From an uncultured Actinomycetes bacterium (GTDB lineage: Bacteria; Actinomycetota; Thermoleophilia; UBA2241): 64,000 bases of DNA. Location of the stretch: positions 480,001 through 544,000 of the forward strand of contig CAVPVX010000007.1 in the NCBI GenBank assembly GCA_963709345.1, read 5' to 3'. Position 1 is the stretch's first letter. Each line of letters begins with the position of its first letter. Positions 20,484-29,064 of this stretch are shown one piece after another. The translations under genes and the position numbers were made by a program. The notes under the pieces were generated by a model that worked only from the letters and a program-made list of their open reading frames with translations, was not told the DNA's origin and did no database searches.

Positions 20484-21343
20484 GCAAGACCCTCGCCTAC
20501 TACCCCGGCTGCTCGCTGCACGGTACCTCCGGCGAGTTCGACTCGAGCTTCAAGGCCTCGGCTCGGGCGCTCGGCCTGACACTGCAGGAGATCCCGGACT
20601 GGGAGTGCTGCGGCAACACCGCGGCGCACTCGATCAACCGCCTGCTCGCGACCGCTCTGCCGGTGAACGAGCTGGCCAAGGTCGAGCAGGACATGAAGCT
20701 CGACGCGGTGGCCGTCCCCTGCGCCGCCTGCTACAGCCGCTTCAAGACCGGCGCGCACGACGTGGAAGACCCCGAGACGGCCCACGACGTCAAAGCTGTC
20801 GTCGGACGCCCGTATGGCGGCGGTGTGGACGTGCAGAACCTCATCGATGTGTACCACGACGGCGTCGGCCTCGAGGAGCTGGCCGCCAAGGTGATCAGGC
20901 CGTTCGACGGCCTCAAGATCGCCTGCTACTACGGCTGCCTGCTCACCCGGCCGCCCAAGATCACGCTGGCCGACGACCCCGAGTACCCGACGCACATGGA
21001 CGAGGTCGTCCGCGCGCTAGGCTGCGAACCGGTCGACTGGAACTACAAGACCGACTGCTGCGGCGCCGCGCTGGCGCTCACCGAGCAGGGCATCGTCGAC
21101 GATCTCGTGACGACCATCCTCAAGGACGCCAAGGCATGCGGCGCCCAGGCGATCTCCGTCGCCTGCCCGCTCTGCCAGGTCAACCTCGACGGCCGCCAGA
21201 GCGAGATCATGCGCAAGCAGAGCGAGTGGCAGCCCATCCCGGTGATCTTCCTCAGCCAGCTCGTCGGCCGCGCCGTCGGTGTTAGCGACAAGGAGCTCGG
21301 CATCAAGAAGCACCTGATCGACATCACCGGGGTGATGGCGTAG
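20480..21343 (+). CDS. hdrB: Heterodisulfide reductase subunit B (two CCG domains)
   Basis: YYPGC..WECCG..PCAAC and YYGC..DCCG..ACPLCQVNLD. Confidence 0.93.
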   Translation: MSKTLAYYPGCSLHGTSGEFDSSFKASARALGLTLQEIPDWECCGNTAAHSINRLLATALPVNELAKVEQDMKLDAVAVPCAACYSRFKTGAHDVEDPETAHDVKAVVGRPYGGGVDVQNLIDVYHDGVGLEELAAKVIRPFDGLKIACYYGCLLTRPPKITLADDPEYPTHMDEVVRALGCEPVDWNYKTDCCGAALALTEQGIVDDLVTTILKDAKACGAQAISVACPLCQVNLDGRQSEIMRKQSEWQPIPVIFLSQLVGRAVGVSDKELGIKKHLIDITGVMA

Positions 21344-21399
21344 CCCATCGTAACCTCACGGCGCGTCACTGACTCGGGCGCCGACCCGCACCAAGCCGT

Positions 21400-21437
21400 G
21401 AAGAGGGCGGCGGGCCATCCGGCCCGCCGCCCCTTTC
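21400..21437 (+). terminator. Intrinsic terminator of the hdr-met operon
   Basis: GGGCGGCGGGCC-atcc-GGCCCGCCGCCC 12-bp stem followed by CTTTC. Confidence 0.65.
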
Positions 21438-21569
21438 GAATCCAGCGACTCCGGGACGGAGTCGTCGACGGAATCGGCGCCGATTCGGACGATGGACGCA
21501 GTCTTGCAGGGTGGTTTCGAGACAGAGATGAGGACATTCCAGGCGGCGTCCACACGAAGAACCGCCGGC

Positions 21570-21638
21570 CTCCCAGCCGGCGGCCCTGAACTTCGGCTCC
21601 ACGTACAGGCGACAGGTGTCGGCTTCGTTGTGGCTCAC
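21570..21638 (-). pseudogene. N-terminal remnant of a type I restriction enzyme R subunit (EcoAI/EcoEI-like HsdR)
   Basis: GTG start after GGGAG; reads SHNEADTCRLYVEPKFRAAGWE, matching the NEADTC...PKL..AGW start typical of these HsdR proteins, then the similarity ends. Confidence 0.6.
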
Positions 21639-21784
21639 GCGACTCCCACGTGTACGCCCCACTCCAGCGGACGACCCCTCCGGTCGCGCGGCATGGTCAA
21701 CTCACCTTATCGCGGTAGTCGGTCGGATGTGAGATAAGTGGAGGGGAGTACAGTCTCACCGACAGCGGCATCGAAGGAGGAGCG

Positions 21785-22471
21785 ATGAGCGGAAACGCAG
21801 ATCGGGAAGCGTCCAGAGCCGTCTCGGCCACCGAGGCGGCGGCCGCAGGCCCTCCGCCCTCCCGCACCGCCACCTCGACCGGCACCCGCATCCTCCTCGT
21901 CTACGCCACGCGTCACGGTTCCACCCAGGAGGTGGCCGACACGGTCGCCGAAGAGCTCCGCGCGGGAGGCACGAAGGTCGATGTCCGCGTGACCGACAAC
22001 GCGCCGGGGCCCGGCGGCTACGACGCCGTCGTCGTCGGCGGCCCGATGATCATGGGCTGGCACCGTCAAGCGGCGAAGTACGTCAAGACACACCGCCGTG
22101 AACTGGCGCAGGTCCCGACCGCGCTCTTCATCACCGCGGCGTCACTCACCGAGGATGGCGCCGAAGAGGTCCAGGGCGTGCCCGTCGTCAAAGACCCCTG
22201 GCTGGTGAAGGCGCCGCGCGACGCCGCCAAGCTGAGCCGCAAGGAGCGCTACGCTCTGCCGAGCCACTACCTCGGCGGCATCCTCAAGAAGTGCGCGCCG
22301 CTCAAGCCGCGGACGGTCGCCTTCTTCGCCGGGTCGCTCGACCTGACCGGCATGAACGCCATCGAGAAGCTCTTCGTCCTCCTGGTGATCGGTGCGACGC
22401 CGGGTGACGGCCGCAACTTCAAGATGATCCGCGAGTGGGCCGCCGGTCTGGGCGAGGTGCTCGGACGCTAG
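21785..22471 (+). CDS. Flavodoxin-domain protein (HemG/Flavodoxin_5-like)
   Basis: LLVYATRHGSTQEVA, YDAVVVGGP, FFAGSLD, IREWA; GAAGGAGG RBS. Confidence 0.85.
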   Translation: MSGNADREASRAVSATEAAAAGPPPSRTATSTGTRILLVYATRHGSTQEVADTVAEELRAGGTKVDVRVTDNAPGPGGYDAVVVGGPMIMGWHRQAAKYVKTHRRELAQVPTALFITAASLTEDGAEEVQGVPVVKDPWLVKAPRDAAKLSRKERYALPSHYLGGILKKCAPLKPRTVAFFAGSLDLTGMNAIEKLFVLLVIGATPGDGRNFKMIREWAAGLGEVLGR

Positions 22472-22698
22472 ACGGGCGCGGCGCTCGCACTCCTACACGC
22501 GCTCCTGGACGACGCCGGGACTGCCGGCATCTCACGACGTCCGAGGCGCAGGTGTCTCAGCCGCGGCGCAGGCGTGACGGGAGGGCGACTCTCCCGGATG
22601 GGAAGGGCGACGGATCTCACCCGCCGATTCCGGCCGAGTCGCGCGGCGGGCCCGGCGTGACAAGTGCCGTGCCGCGCGGGGCCGCGCCGGTCGACGGT

Positions 22699-23073
22699 TC
22701 AGCTCTGCTTCGCCGGCGCGTGCACCCCGATGCGATTGCCCTCGCTGTCCAGGAAGAACCCGATGAAACCGACCATCTCGCCCATATCGGTGACCGGCAT
22801 CACCTCCGTACCGCCGGCGGCGACGGCACGCGCCAGCATGCCCTCGGGGTCGCCCTTGCTGTCGAAGTAGACAGTGGTCCCCTGGGCGCTCGGCTTCTCG
22901 TCTTCACCAATGACGAGGTCACCGGCGGTGCCTCCCGGCTCCATGGGCAGGAGAGCGACGCTCTCCGCGCCCGGCATGAGCTCGATATCCGCCTGCAGCA
23001 CCGCGGCGTAGAACTTCCTCGCTCGATCCAGATCCGTGACTGGGATGTCCGCCCAGACGATGGTGTTGGCCAT
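22699..23073 (-). CDS. VOC/glyoxalase family protein
   Basis: WADIPVTDLDRARKFY, GTTVYF, AGG.EVMP, FLDSEGNRIG. Confidence 0.88.
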   Translation of the reverse strand: MANTIVWADIPVTDLDRARKFYAAVLQADIELMPGAESVALLPMEPGGTAGDLVIGEDEKPSAQGTTVYFDSKGDPEGMLARAVAAGGTEVMPVTDMGEMVGFIGFFLDSEGNRIGVHAPAKQS

Positions 23074-23291
23074 GATGCACCTCGGTCGAAGTGATTGTTC
23101 GTATGGGGAAACCATCGCCGCGGCGCCGTGCGTCGAAACCCCCGGGCGCAGGACACTGCGACGCGCCGGGCATCCAGACCCGCCGGGGCCGTAGCGAAGG
23201 TCACGGCGCGTTCCCAGCGAACTTCCAGACAGCACCAATGCCGGGAGCGGCCGCCACTGGGGCGCCGTCGACGGCCGCAACGGGAGGGACG

Positions 23292-23675
23292 ATGCACATG
23301 AAGAAGAGGAGCCCGCGCTCGACAGGCCTTGCCGGCAGGGCGCTCGCGCTGCTGATCATCGTGGCGCTCGGCGCGCTGATCGTCGCAGGGCTGAGCGCCT
23401 GCGGCGGCGGCGACGACGGTGTCGCCGGCGCTTACAAGTTCGACTCGGGCAGCGAGGAGGGCATGGAGGGCTTCACGCTCACGCTGAACGACGACGACAC
23501 GTTCGCGCTGGCGCAGGCCGACCCCGAGGGCGGCGAGGACGTCAGCATCAACGGCACCTACACGCTGGACGGCGAAAAGATCACCCTCGAGGTCGAGGAC
23601 GGCTCCGACTCCGAGGTGGGGACGGTCGAGGGCGACAAGCTCGTGTTCGAGACGATCACCTGGGTCAAGCAGTAG
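23292..23675 (+). CDS. Small acidic lipoprotein of unknown function
   Basis: Basic N-terminus, hydrophobic stretch, lipobox LSAC, then beta-rich acidic domain; GGGAGG RBS. Confidence 0.75.
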   Translation: MHMKKRSPRSTGLAGRALALLIIVALGALIVAGLSACGGGDDGVAGAYKFDSGSEEGMEGFTLTLNDDDTFALAQADPEGGEDVSINGTYTLDGEKITLEVEDGSDSEVGTVEGDKLVFETITWVKQ

Positions 23676-23713
23676 CCACGAGCAGCGGAGGGCCTGCCTC
23701 CCCGCTCGTTGAA

Positions 23714-23765
23714 GGAACGGCCGAAGGGCCCGGGTGGCGTGCCACCCGGGCCCTTCGGCCGTTCC
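23714..23765. terminator. Perfect inverted repeat with 25-nt arms (terminator or stabilising hairpin)
   Basis: GGAACGGCCGAAGGGCCCGGGTGGC-gt-GCCACCCGGGCCCTTCGGCCGTTCC. Confidence 0.7.
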
Positions 23766-23842
23766 GGCGCACGGATACGGCAGAAGTGAACCGGCACAGA
23801 GGGACACTACTGGAGTAGGATAAGGCGGAGGGAAGGAATGAC

Positions 23843-24529
23843 GTGGAGGAACTCGCGACAGACATCCACAGCTGGACGGCGTCCCACCCCGAGTGGAGGC
23901 CGGCAACGGAGCAGGTCCGGTCGTACGCACTGGTGGTCGGCGACGTTCTGCTGATCGTCGATCCCCAACTGCCCGGTGACGACGACGCCCGGCGGCGGCC
24001 GCTGCTCGCCGGCCTCGACCTTTTCGTCGGCGCCGCCGAACGCCTCGAGATCCTCGTCACCAACCCGTATCACACACGCAGCGCCGAGACGCTCTACGAG
24101 CGGTACTCGCGCACGCTGCCGACGCTCATCTGGGGACACCCCGGCGTGAAGAAGCGGCTCACGCGCCTCGCACCGCTCGAGGTGATCCCCCTGGGCGCCA
24201 CCGGCACGGCGGCGCCTATCGCCGACGGAGCGGCCGCGGCCTACACCATCGGCAAGCCGCGGCGCAGCGACCACCCCATCTACGTGCCCGCCCTGCGCGC
24301 CGTCGCCTTCGGTGACGCCGTCGTCGGCACCGAGGACGGCCCCCGGTTCTGGAACCAGAGCAGCGGCACGGACGCGGCGTGGTACCGCGACGTGTTCGCG
24401 CCCACGGTGGCGCCGCTCGCGGAGCTCGACCTCGCCCACGTGCTGGTCACGCACGGCCCACCGGTGATCGGCGAGGGACGGCGAGCGCTCGCGGAGTGCC
24501 TCGCCGCTCCCCCCGTACACGCGTACTGA
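23843..24529 (+). CDS. Metallo-beta-lactamase-fold-like hypothetical protein
   Basis: LIVDP, LVTNPYHTRS, FGDA and LVTHG resemble degenerate MBL motifs. Confidence 0.65.
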   Translation: MEELATDIHSWTASHPEWRPATEQVRSYALVVGDVLLIVDPQLPGDDDARRRPLLAGLDLFVGAAERLEILVTNPYHTRSAETLYERYSRTLPTLIWGHPGVKKRLTRLAPLEVIPLGATGTAAPIADGAAAAYTIGKPRRSDHPIYVPALRAVAFGDAVVGTEDGPRFWNQSSGTDAAWYRDVFAPTVAPLAELDLAHVLVTHGPPVIGEGRRALAECLAAPPVHAY

Positions 24530-24555
24530 GAGGGAGCGGCCGCGAGGGCAGCCGG

Positions 24556-24595
24556 CCGCTCTCCCGCTCTCCCGCTCTCCCGCTCTCCCGCGCTC
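24556..24595. repeat. Short tandem repeat (CCGCTCTC)x4 plus one degenerate unit between convergent genes
   Basis: Read directly from the sequence. Confidence 0.8.
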
Positions 24596-24602
24596 CCCGC
24601 CG

Positions 24603-26324
24603 TCAGTCTGTCGGGTGCTTCTCTTCGCGCCGCTTTCGCAGCTCCACGCGCGCCAGGCTGATCAGGAACCACGCCACGCTGGCGAGCGCCGTGAACAGCA
24701 CGACACGGTAGCCGACCTGCTCCGCCCTCGAGAGATCCGGCCGGCTGACCAGGAACGAGAAGCCGATGATCAGCGCCGCGACGATCAGCGCGTAGGCGAG
24801 TCGCGTGAACCCGGCCTCGAGCCGGTCCATGATCGGCTTGAACTCAGTCGGCCGGATCGAGATGCGGAACTCGCCCTCGCTCGCCCGGCGAAGCACCCTG
24901 GTGAGCTGCAGCGGGAGCTGGTCGAAGAAGCGGGCGTAGGCGCGCCCCGAGCGCAGCGTCGCCTTGAAGATCTTCTCCGGCCCGAACTGCTGCGGGATCA
25001 TCTTCTTGGCGAACGGCTTGGCGGCGTCTTCGAGCCTGAAGTCCGGGTCGATCTGCCTCGCCGTCCCGTCGACCATGCCGAGCGTCGTCAGCAGCACGGT
25101 GAGCTCCGTCGGGAGGTGCAGACCGTGCTCGCGCAGCATCGCGAGCAGGCGCTGCACCATGTCGTCGAGCCCGCCGCCGCTCGCCTGCGCGCGTCGGTAC
25201 TGGTTCATGATCGCCGCGAGCTCCACCTCGAGCGCCGCGATGTTCACGTGAGGCGGCGTCCCGGTCATGGCGAGCACGGCCTCCGTCGCCGCGGAAGGGT
25301 CGTCGTCGAACACCGCGAGCAGCATGTCGAAGACCGCGTCGCGATTGCGCGCCGAGATGGTGGCCACGCGGCCGAAATCGACGAACTCGATGCGGCCCTC
25401 CTCGAGAGCGAAGAGGTTACCCGCGTGAGGATCGGCATGGTAGTAGCCCATCTCGAAGATCTGGCGGAAGTAGCACGCCACTCCCGTCTCGCAGACGCGG
25501 GCGCGGTCGATTCCCGGATGGTCGCCCTCGTCAAGATGCGTCGCCGGCACGCCGTCGACGAAGTCCATGGTGAGCACGCGCCCCGAGGTGTGATCCCAGT
25601 ACACGACCGGAAACAGGACCTCCGGTGTGTCCGCGAAGGCGGCGTTGAAGCGGTCGAGAGCGCGTCCCTCGTGCGTGTAGTCGAGCTCGGAGCGGAGCAC
25701 CGTCGCGAACTCCTCGGCGAGACCGGCGACGTCGAAGTCCTTGCCCCACTGGGTGTGCGCCTGGACGCGATGCGCCTGCTCCACGAGGATCTCGAGGTCG
25801 AGCTCCATGGTCTCACTCACCCCGGGTCGCTGGACCTTGACGGCCACCCGCGTGCCGTCGGGCAGCGTCGCCCGGTAGACCTGCCCGATGCTCGCGGCGG
25901 CCAGCGGCGTCTCGTCGAACGAGGCGAAGAGTTCCTCGACGCTGCCGCCGAGCTCTTCCTCGATGCGCACGCGCATCTCGGGCCACGGCACGGTCGGCAC
26001 GTCGTCCTGCAGCCTGGCCAGCTCCGCGGCGAGATCCGGCGGCACGAGATCCCGGCGCGTGGCCAGGATCTGGCCGATCTTGATGAACGCCGGACCCAGG
26101 CGCTCGAGCGCGTGACGGATGCGCACCGCGCTCGGCAGGTCCTTCTCGCGGGCGGCGGGCTCGCGCCCGGCACGCGCCGCCTCCGGCGGCGCGTGCTCCT
26201 CGAGCCCGCTCCCCCTCACGGCGCTCAGGATACGCTCGTCCCAGAGCACCTTGGCGATCTCACGGTACCGCGCTCTGCGCCGGGCGCCCCGGCTCGGCGG
26301 CGCAGCAGCCTCGTCTGGATCCAT
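24603..26324 (-). CDS. AarF/ABC1/UbiB family kinase with C-terminal transmembrane helices
   Basis: LGPAFIKIGQ, AAASIGQVY, VAVKVQRP, ELDY, HADPHAGN, DFG. Confidence 0.92.
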   Translation of the reverse strand: MDPDEAAAPPSRGARRRARYREIAKVLWDERILSAVRGSGLEEHAPPEAARAGREPAAREKDLPSAVRIRHALERLGPAFIKIGQILATRRDLVPPDLAAELARLQDDVPTVPWPEMRVRIEEELGGSVEELFASFDETPLAAASIGQVYRATLPDGTRVAVKVQRPGVSETMELDLEILVEQAHRVQAHTQWGKDFDVAGLAEEFATVLRSELDYTHEGRALDRFNAAFADTPEVLFPVVYWDHTSGRVLTMDFVDGVPATHLDEGDHPGIDRARVCETGVACYFRQIFEMGYYHADPHAGNLFALEEGRIEFVDFGRVATISARNRDAVFDMLLAVFDDDPSAATEAVLAMTGTPPHVNIAALEVELAAIMNQYRRAQASGGGLDDMVQRLLAMLREHGLHLPTELTVLLTTLGMVDGTARQIDPDFRLEDAAKPFAKKMIPQQFGPEKIFKATLRSGRAYARFFDQLPLQLTRVLRRASEGEFRISIRPTEFKPIMDRLEAGFTRLAYALIVAALIIGFSFLVSRPDLSRAEQVGYRVVLFTALASVAWFLISLARVELRKRREEKHPTD

Positions 26325-26436
26325 CGACCCTCCCTCTCGCCGGCGGCCCCCGGCCGCCGGTCCTCTGCTCCCGATCCTCCGGCCCTATTCCCCGCCGGGG
26401 GCCCTTGCCCTGCCGTTCGCGGACTGCGGCTGTGGG

Positions 26437-26477
26437 GCCGGCCGCGGCGATGCCGGCCGCGGCGATGCCGGCCGCGG
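26437..26477. repeat. 15-bp tandem repeat GCCGGCCGCGGCGAT (about 2.7 copies)
   Basis: Read directly from the intergenic sequence. Confidence 0.75.
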
Positions 26478-26510
26478 ACGCACGTCCCATCGCCCCGGCT
26501 CATCCGCGGC

Positions 26511-28116
26511 TCAGTCGGCCCGGCGACTCACCACACGGTTGCAGCCCTGCTCGCGCGCCTGCCTCAGCGCCCACTCCGCCGGCGCGAGGAGGTCGGTGAG
26601 ATACTCCGTCTCGGCGCGCTCGGTGCCGGCGACGCCCACGCTCGCCGTCACGCTCACCAGCTGGTCGTCCTTCCAGACGGCGAGCCCTTCGACGGCCTGG
26701 CGCAGCCGCTCGGCGCGTCTCCTCCGCCTCGGTGCGCGTGAGGTGCGGCAACAGCAGCGCGAACTCCTCCCCGGCGATGCGCCCCACCTCGTCGAACGCC
26801 CGAACGACGCGGCGGCAGACGCGGGCGACGGCGCGCAGCACCTCGTCGCCGGCGTCGCTTCCGTAGAGACTGTTGACGAGCGCGAAGTCATCCAGATCGA
26901 GAAGGACGACCCAGACGGGGAACCCCTGCCGCCGCGCGCGCGTCATCTCCCGCTCCCCCACGTCGAGGAAGGCCTTTCGCGTGAGGACCTCCGTCAGGGG
27001 ATCGGTGGTCGCGAGGCGCTCCACCTGGCGCAGGAGCTCTGCGCTGCGAGTGACGTCGTGGAACATGACGGAGTGCCCGAGCAGACGGCCGTGACGGCCG
27101 CGCACCGTCGAGAGCGCGAGCGTGAAATGGCGCGACTCGGGAGGCGCCCCGCCCGCCGGCCAGTCGCCGGGGAGCGACATCGACAACTCGGCGACCACGG
27201 TGTCGGGCGCCGGCTCGCCGGCGGTTGCCTGCCTGATGCTCTCGAGCAGGCCGGGGTGGAAGGCCAGCACCTCCGAGACGGGCCTCCCCGGGGCGCCGCG
27301 CCCGAGATCGGTGAAGAGCCGGGCCGCCGCCGGGTTGAAGTCGACGATGCGGTCGTACGCATCGAGCACGATCACGCCGTCCGCCATGCCTTCGACCACG
27401 GCGTCGCGCGCCAGGGGTGCGATGTCGAACAGCCGGTACCTGAAAAGGGCGTACGCCATGATCGCGCCGGAGACACTGACCACCGCCGTCGTCGGGTTCA
27501 GCCCCGGCGCCGGCTCGACGCCGAGCACGTAGAGGGTCCCGGCGAGCAGCGGCAGCACGACGGCGACGATGAGGAGCGCATACTGACGCCGGTACAGTGA
27601 CTGCCGATCGCGCCAGATGCTCTGCGCGAGCAGCGCGATGCTGGCGCAGAGCAGGACGTAGAGCACGAGGAGCGAGAAGAGCCAGAACGTGCCGTAATCG
27701 GGCACGAGCACCGTCGGTGACGTGGACACGTCCAGAGTGGGAGCGCCCCGGAAGATGCTGCCGGGGTTCGCGTAGATCACCGCCACGGTGACCGCGACGT
27801 AGGCGCCGAGCAGCCAGTTGGCCATCCTGGGCAGCGGCGGCCGCCCGGTGTAGCGCCACACGACCTCGAACCACATCACCGGCAGCACCGTGATGCCGAC
27901 GAACTGCACGTCTGCCCACCAGAGCTTGCCGTCGAGCGTCGGGCTGAGGATCTCGAAGACGTACCCGACCGTCCAGACCAGGAAGGCGAAGAGCGTGGCC
28001 GCGAACCACGGGGCGATGGCGTCGGCGCGGTTGCGCCAGGTGATCACCAACAGGGCGACCAGCACGGCGGCCGACACGACGAGGGGCGACACGTACAGAA
28101 TCATGCTCGTGCTCAC
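26511..28116 (-). CDS. HisKA_7TM-PAS-GGDEF diguanylate cyclase-like protein (frameshift near 26716)
   Basis: About seven TM segments ending FRYRLFDIAPLARD, PAS, TDPLT, LDLDDF, RIAGEEF; the C-terminus VTASVGVA..LRQAREQGCNRV is in the adjacent frame. Confidence 0.85.
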
Positions 28117-28203
28117 GAACTGGTCCTTCCCGATTCCAGAGGCTCTCTCCTTCTCTCTGTCGGCCGGGCGAGCGCAGAAGTGAAGCAGGAGGGGCGGAGA
28201 CAG

Positions 28204-28234
28204 GGCGCGCGGGCGGTAAGCGCCCGCGCGCGCC
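28204..28234 (-). terminator. Hairpin downstream of the ABC ATPase
   Basis: GCGCGCGGGCG-gtaag-CGCCCGCGCGC. Confidence 0.45.
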
Positions 28235-28253
28235 CGTCACCGAGGAGTCGCCG

Positions 28254-29012
28254 CTAGCTCACCGCCACCGGCGGGGCGGGCTCGAGCAGGAGCGCAGCAT
28301 CGAGCTCGTCGTCGGCCGCGCGGACGCTGGATGGCGCGCCCTCCAGCTCCTTGATGCGTCCGCGGTCGAGCCAGATCCGGCGCGACGCGCGGCTCGCGAC
28401 CCACGTATCGTGCGTCACGACGATCAGCGTCTGGCCGCGTTCGCGCCAGAGCTGCTCGAGCAGCCCGACGATGTCGTCACGTGTGCGCTCATCCAAGTTC
28501 CCGGTGGGCTCGTCGGCGAAGATCACGCGGGGGGCTCTGACGACCGCCCGCGCGATCGCCACGCGCTGCTGCTCGCCGCCGCTCAGCTCGGCCGGGATGT
28601 GTCGGGCGCGGTCTGCCAACCCGACCCCTTCCAGCGCCTCGGCGGCGCGCCGGCGGCGCTCCTCGCCGCCGACATGCCACGGCACGAGCGCCGTCTCCAC
28701 GTTCTCTTGGGCGTTCAAGGTCGGAATGAGGTTGAAGGCCTGGAAGATGAAGCCGAAGGCGTGGCTCCTGAGCTCCGAGAGGTCGCCCTCGCCCATCTTG
28801 GCGAGGTCGCGACCCTCGAACAGCAGCTTGCCACCCGAAGGCCGGTCCATGGCGCCGAGCATCTGCAGAAGCGTCGTCTTGCCCGATCCGGTCGAGCCTT
28901 GGATCGCGAGGAACTCGCCCTCGTCGATGGTCAGGTCGATCCCCGCCAGAGCGTCGATCCGCTTGCGGCGCTGGGTGTAGCGCTTGGTCACGTCGGTCAG
29001 GTCGTACAACAT
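28254..29012 (-). CDS. ABC transporter ATP-binding protein (LolD/MacB type)
   Basis: GSTGSGKT, GFIFQAFNL, LSGGEQQRVAIAR, ADEPTGNLD, VTHD. Confidence 0.93.
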   Translation of the reverse strand: MLYDLTDVTKRYTQRRKRIDALAGIDLTIDEGEFLAIQGSTGSGKTTLLQMLGAMDRPSGGKLLFEGRDLAKMGEGDLSELRSHAFGFIFQAFNLIPTLNAQENVETALVPWHVGGEERRRRAAEALEGVGLADRARHIPAELSGGEQQRVAIARAVVRAPRVIFADEPTGNLDERTRDDIVGLLEQLWRERGQTLIVVTHDTWVASRASRRIWLDRGRIKELEGAPSSVRAADDELDAALLLEPAPPVAVS

Positions 29013-29064
29013 CGCGTTTCCTTTCGCGTGAGTGATCAGGGTCTGGCCGGTCGACTCGCTGGCG

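Noticed and set aside
13165-21343. Possible selenocysteine (TGA) recoding in HdrA or MvhD
   Set aside because: All frames are open with Cys at the relevant motifs; no in-frame TGA
21722-21763. yybP-ykoY-like AGGGGAGTA in a hairpin upstream of the flavodoxin gene
   Set aside because: The remaining riboswitch elements are absent and the region is too short
22472-22698. GC-rich spacer between convergent genes as a possible ncRNA
   Set aside because: No promoter, terminator or recognisable family motif found by eye
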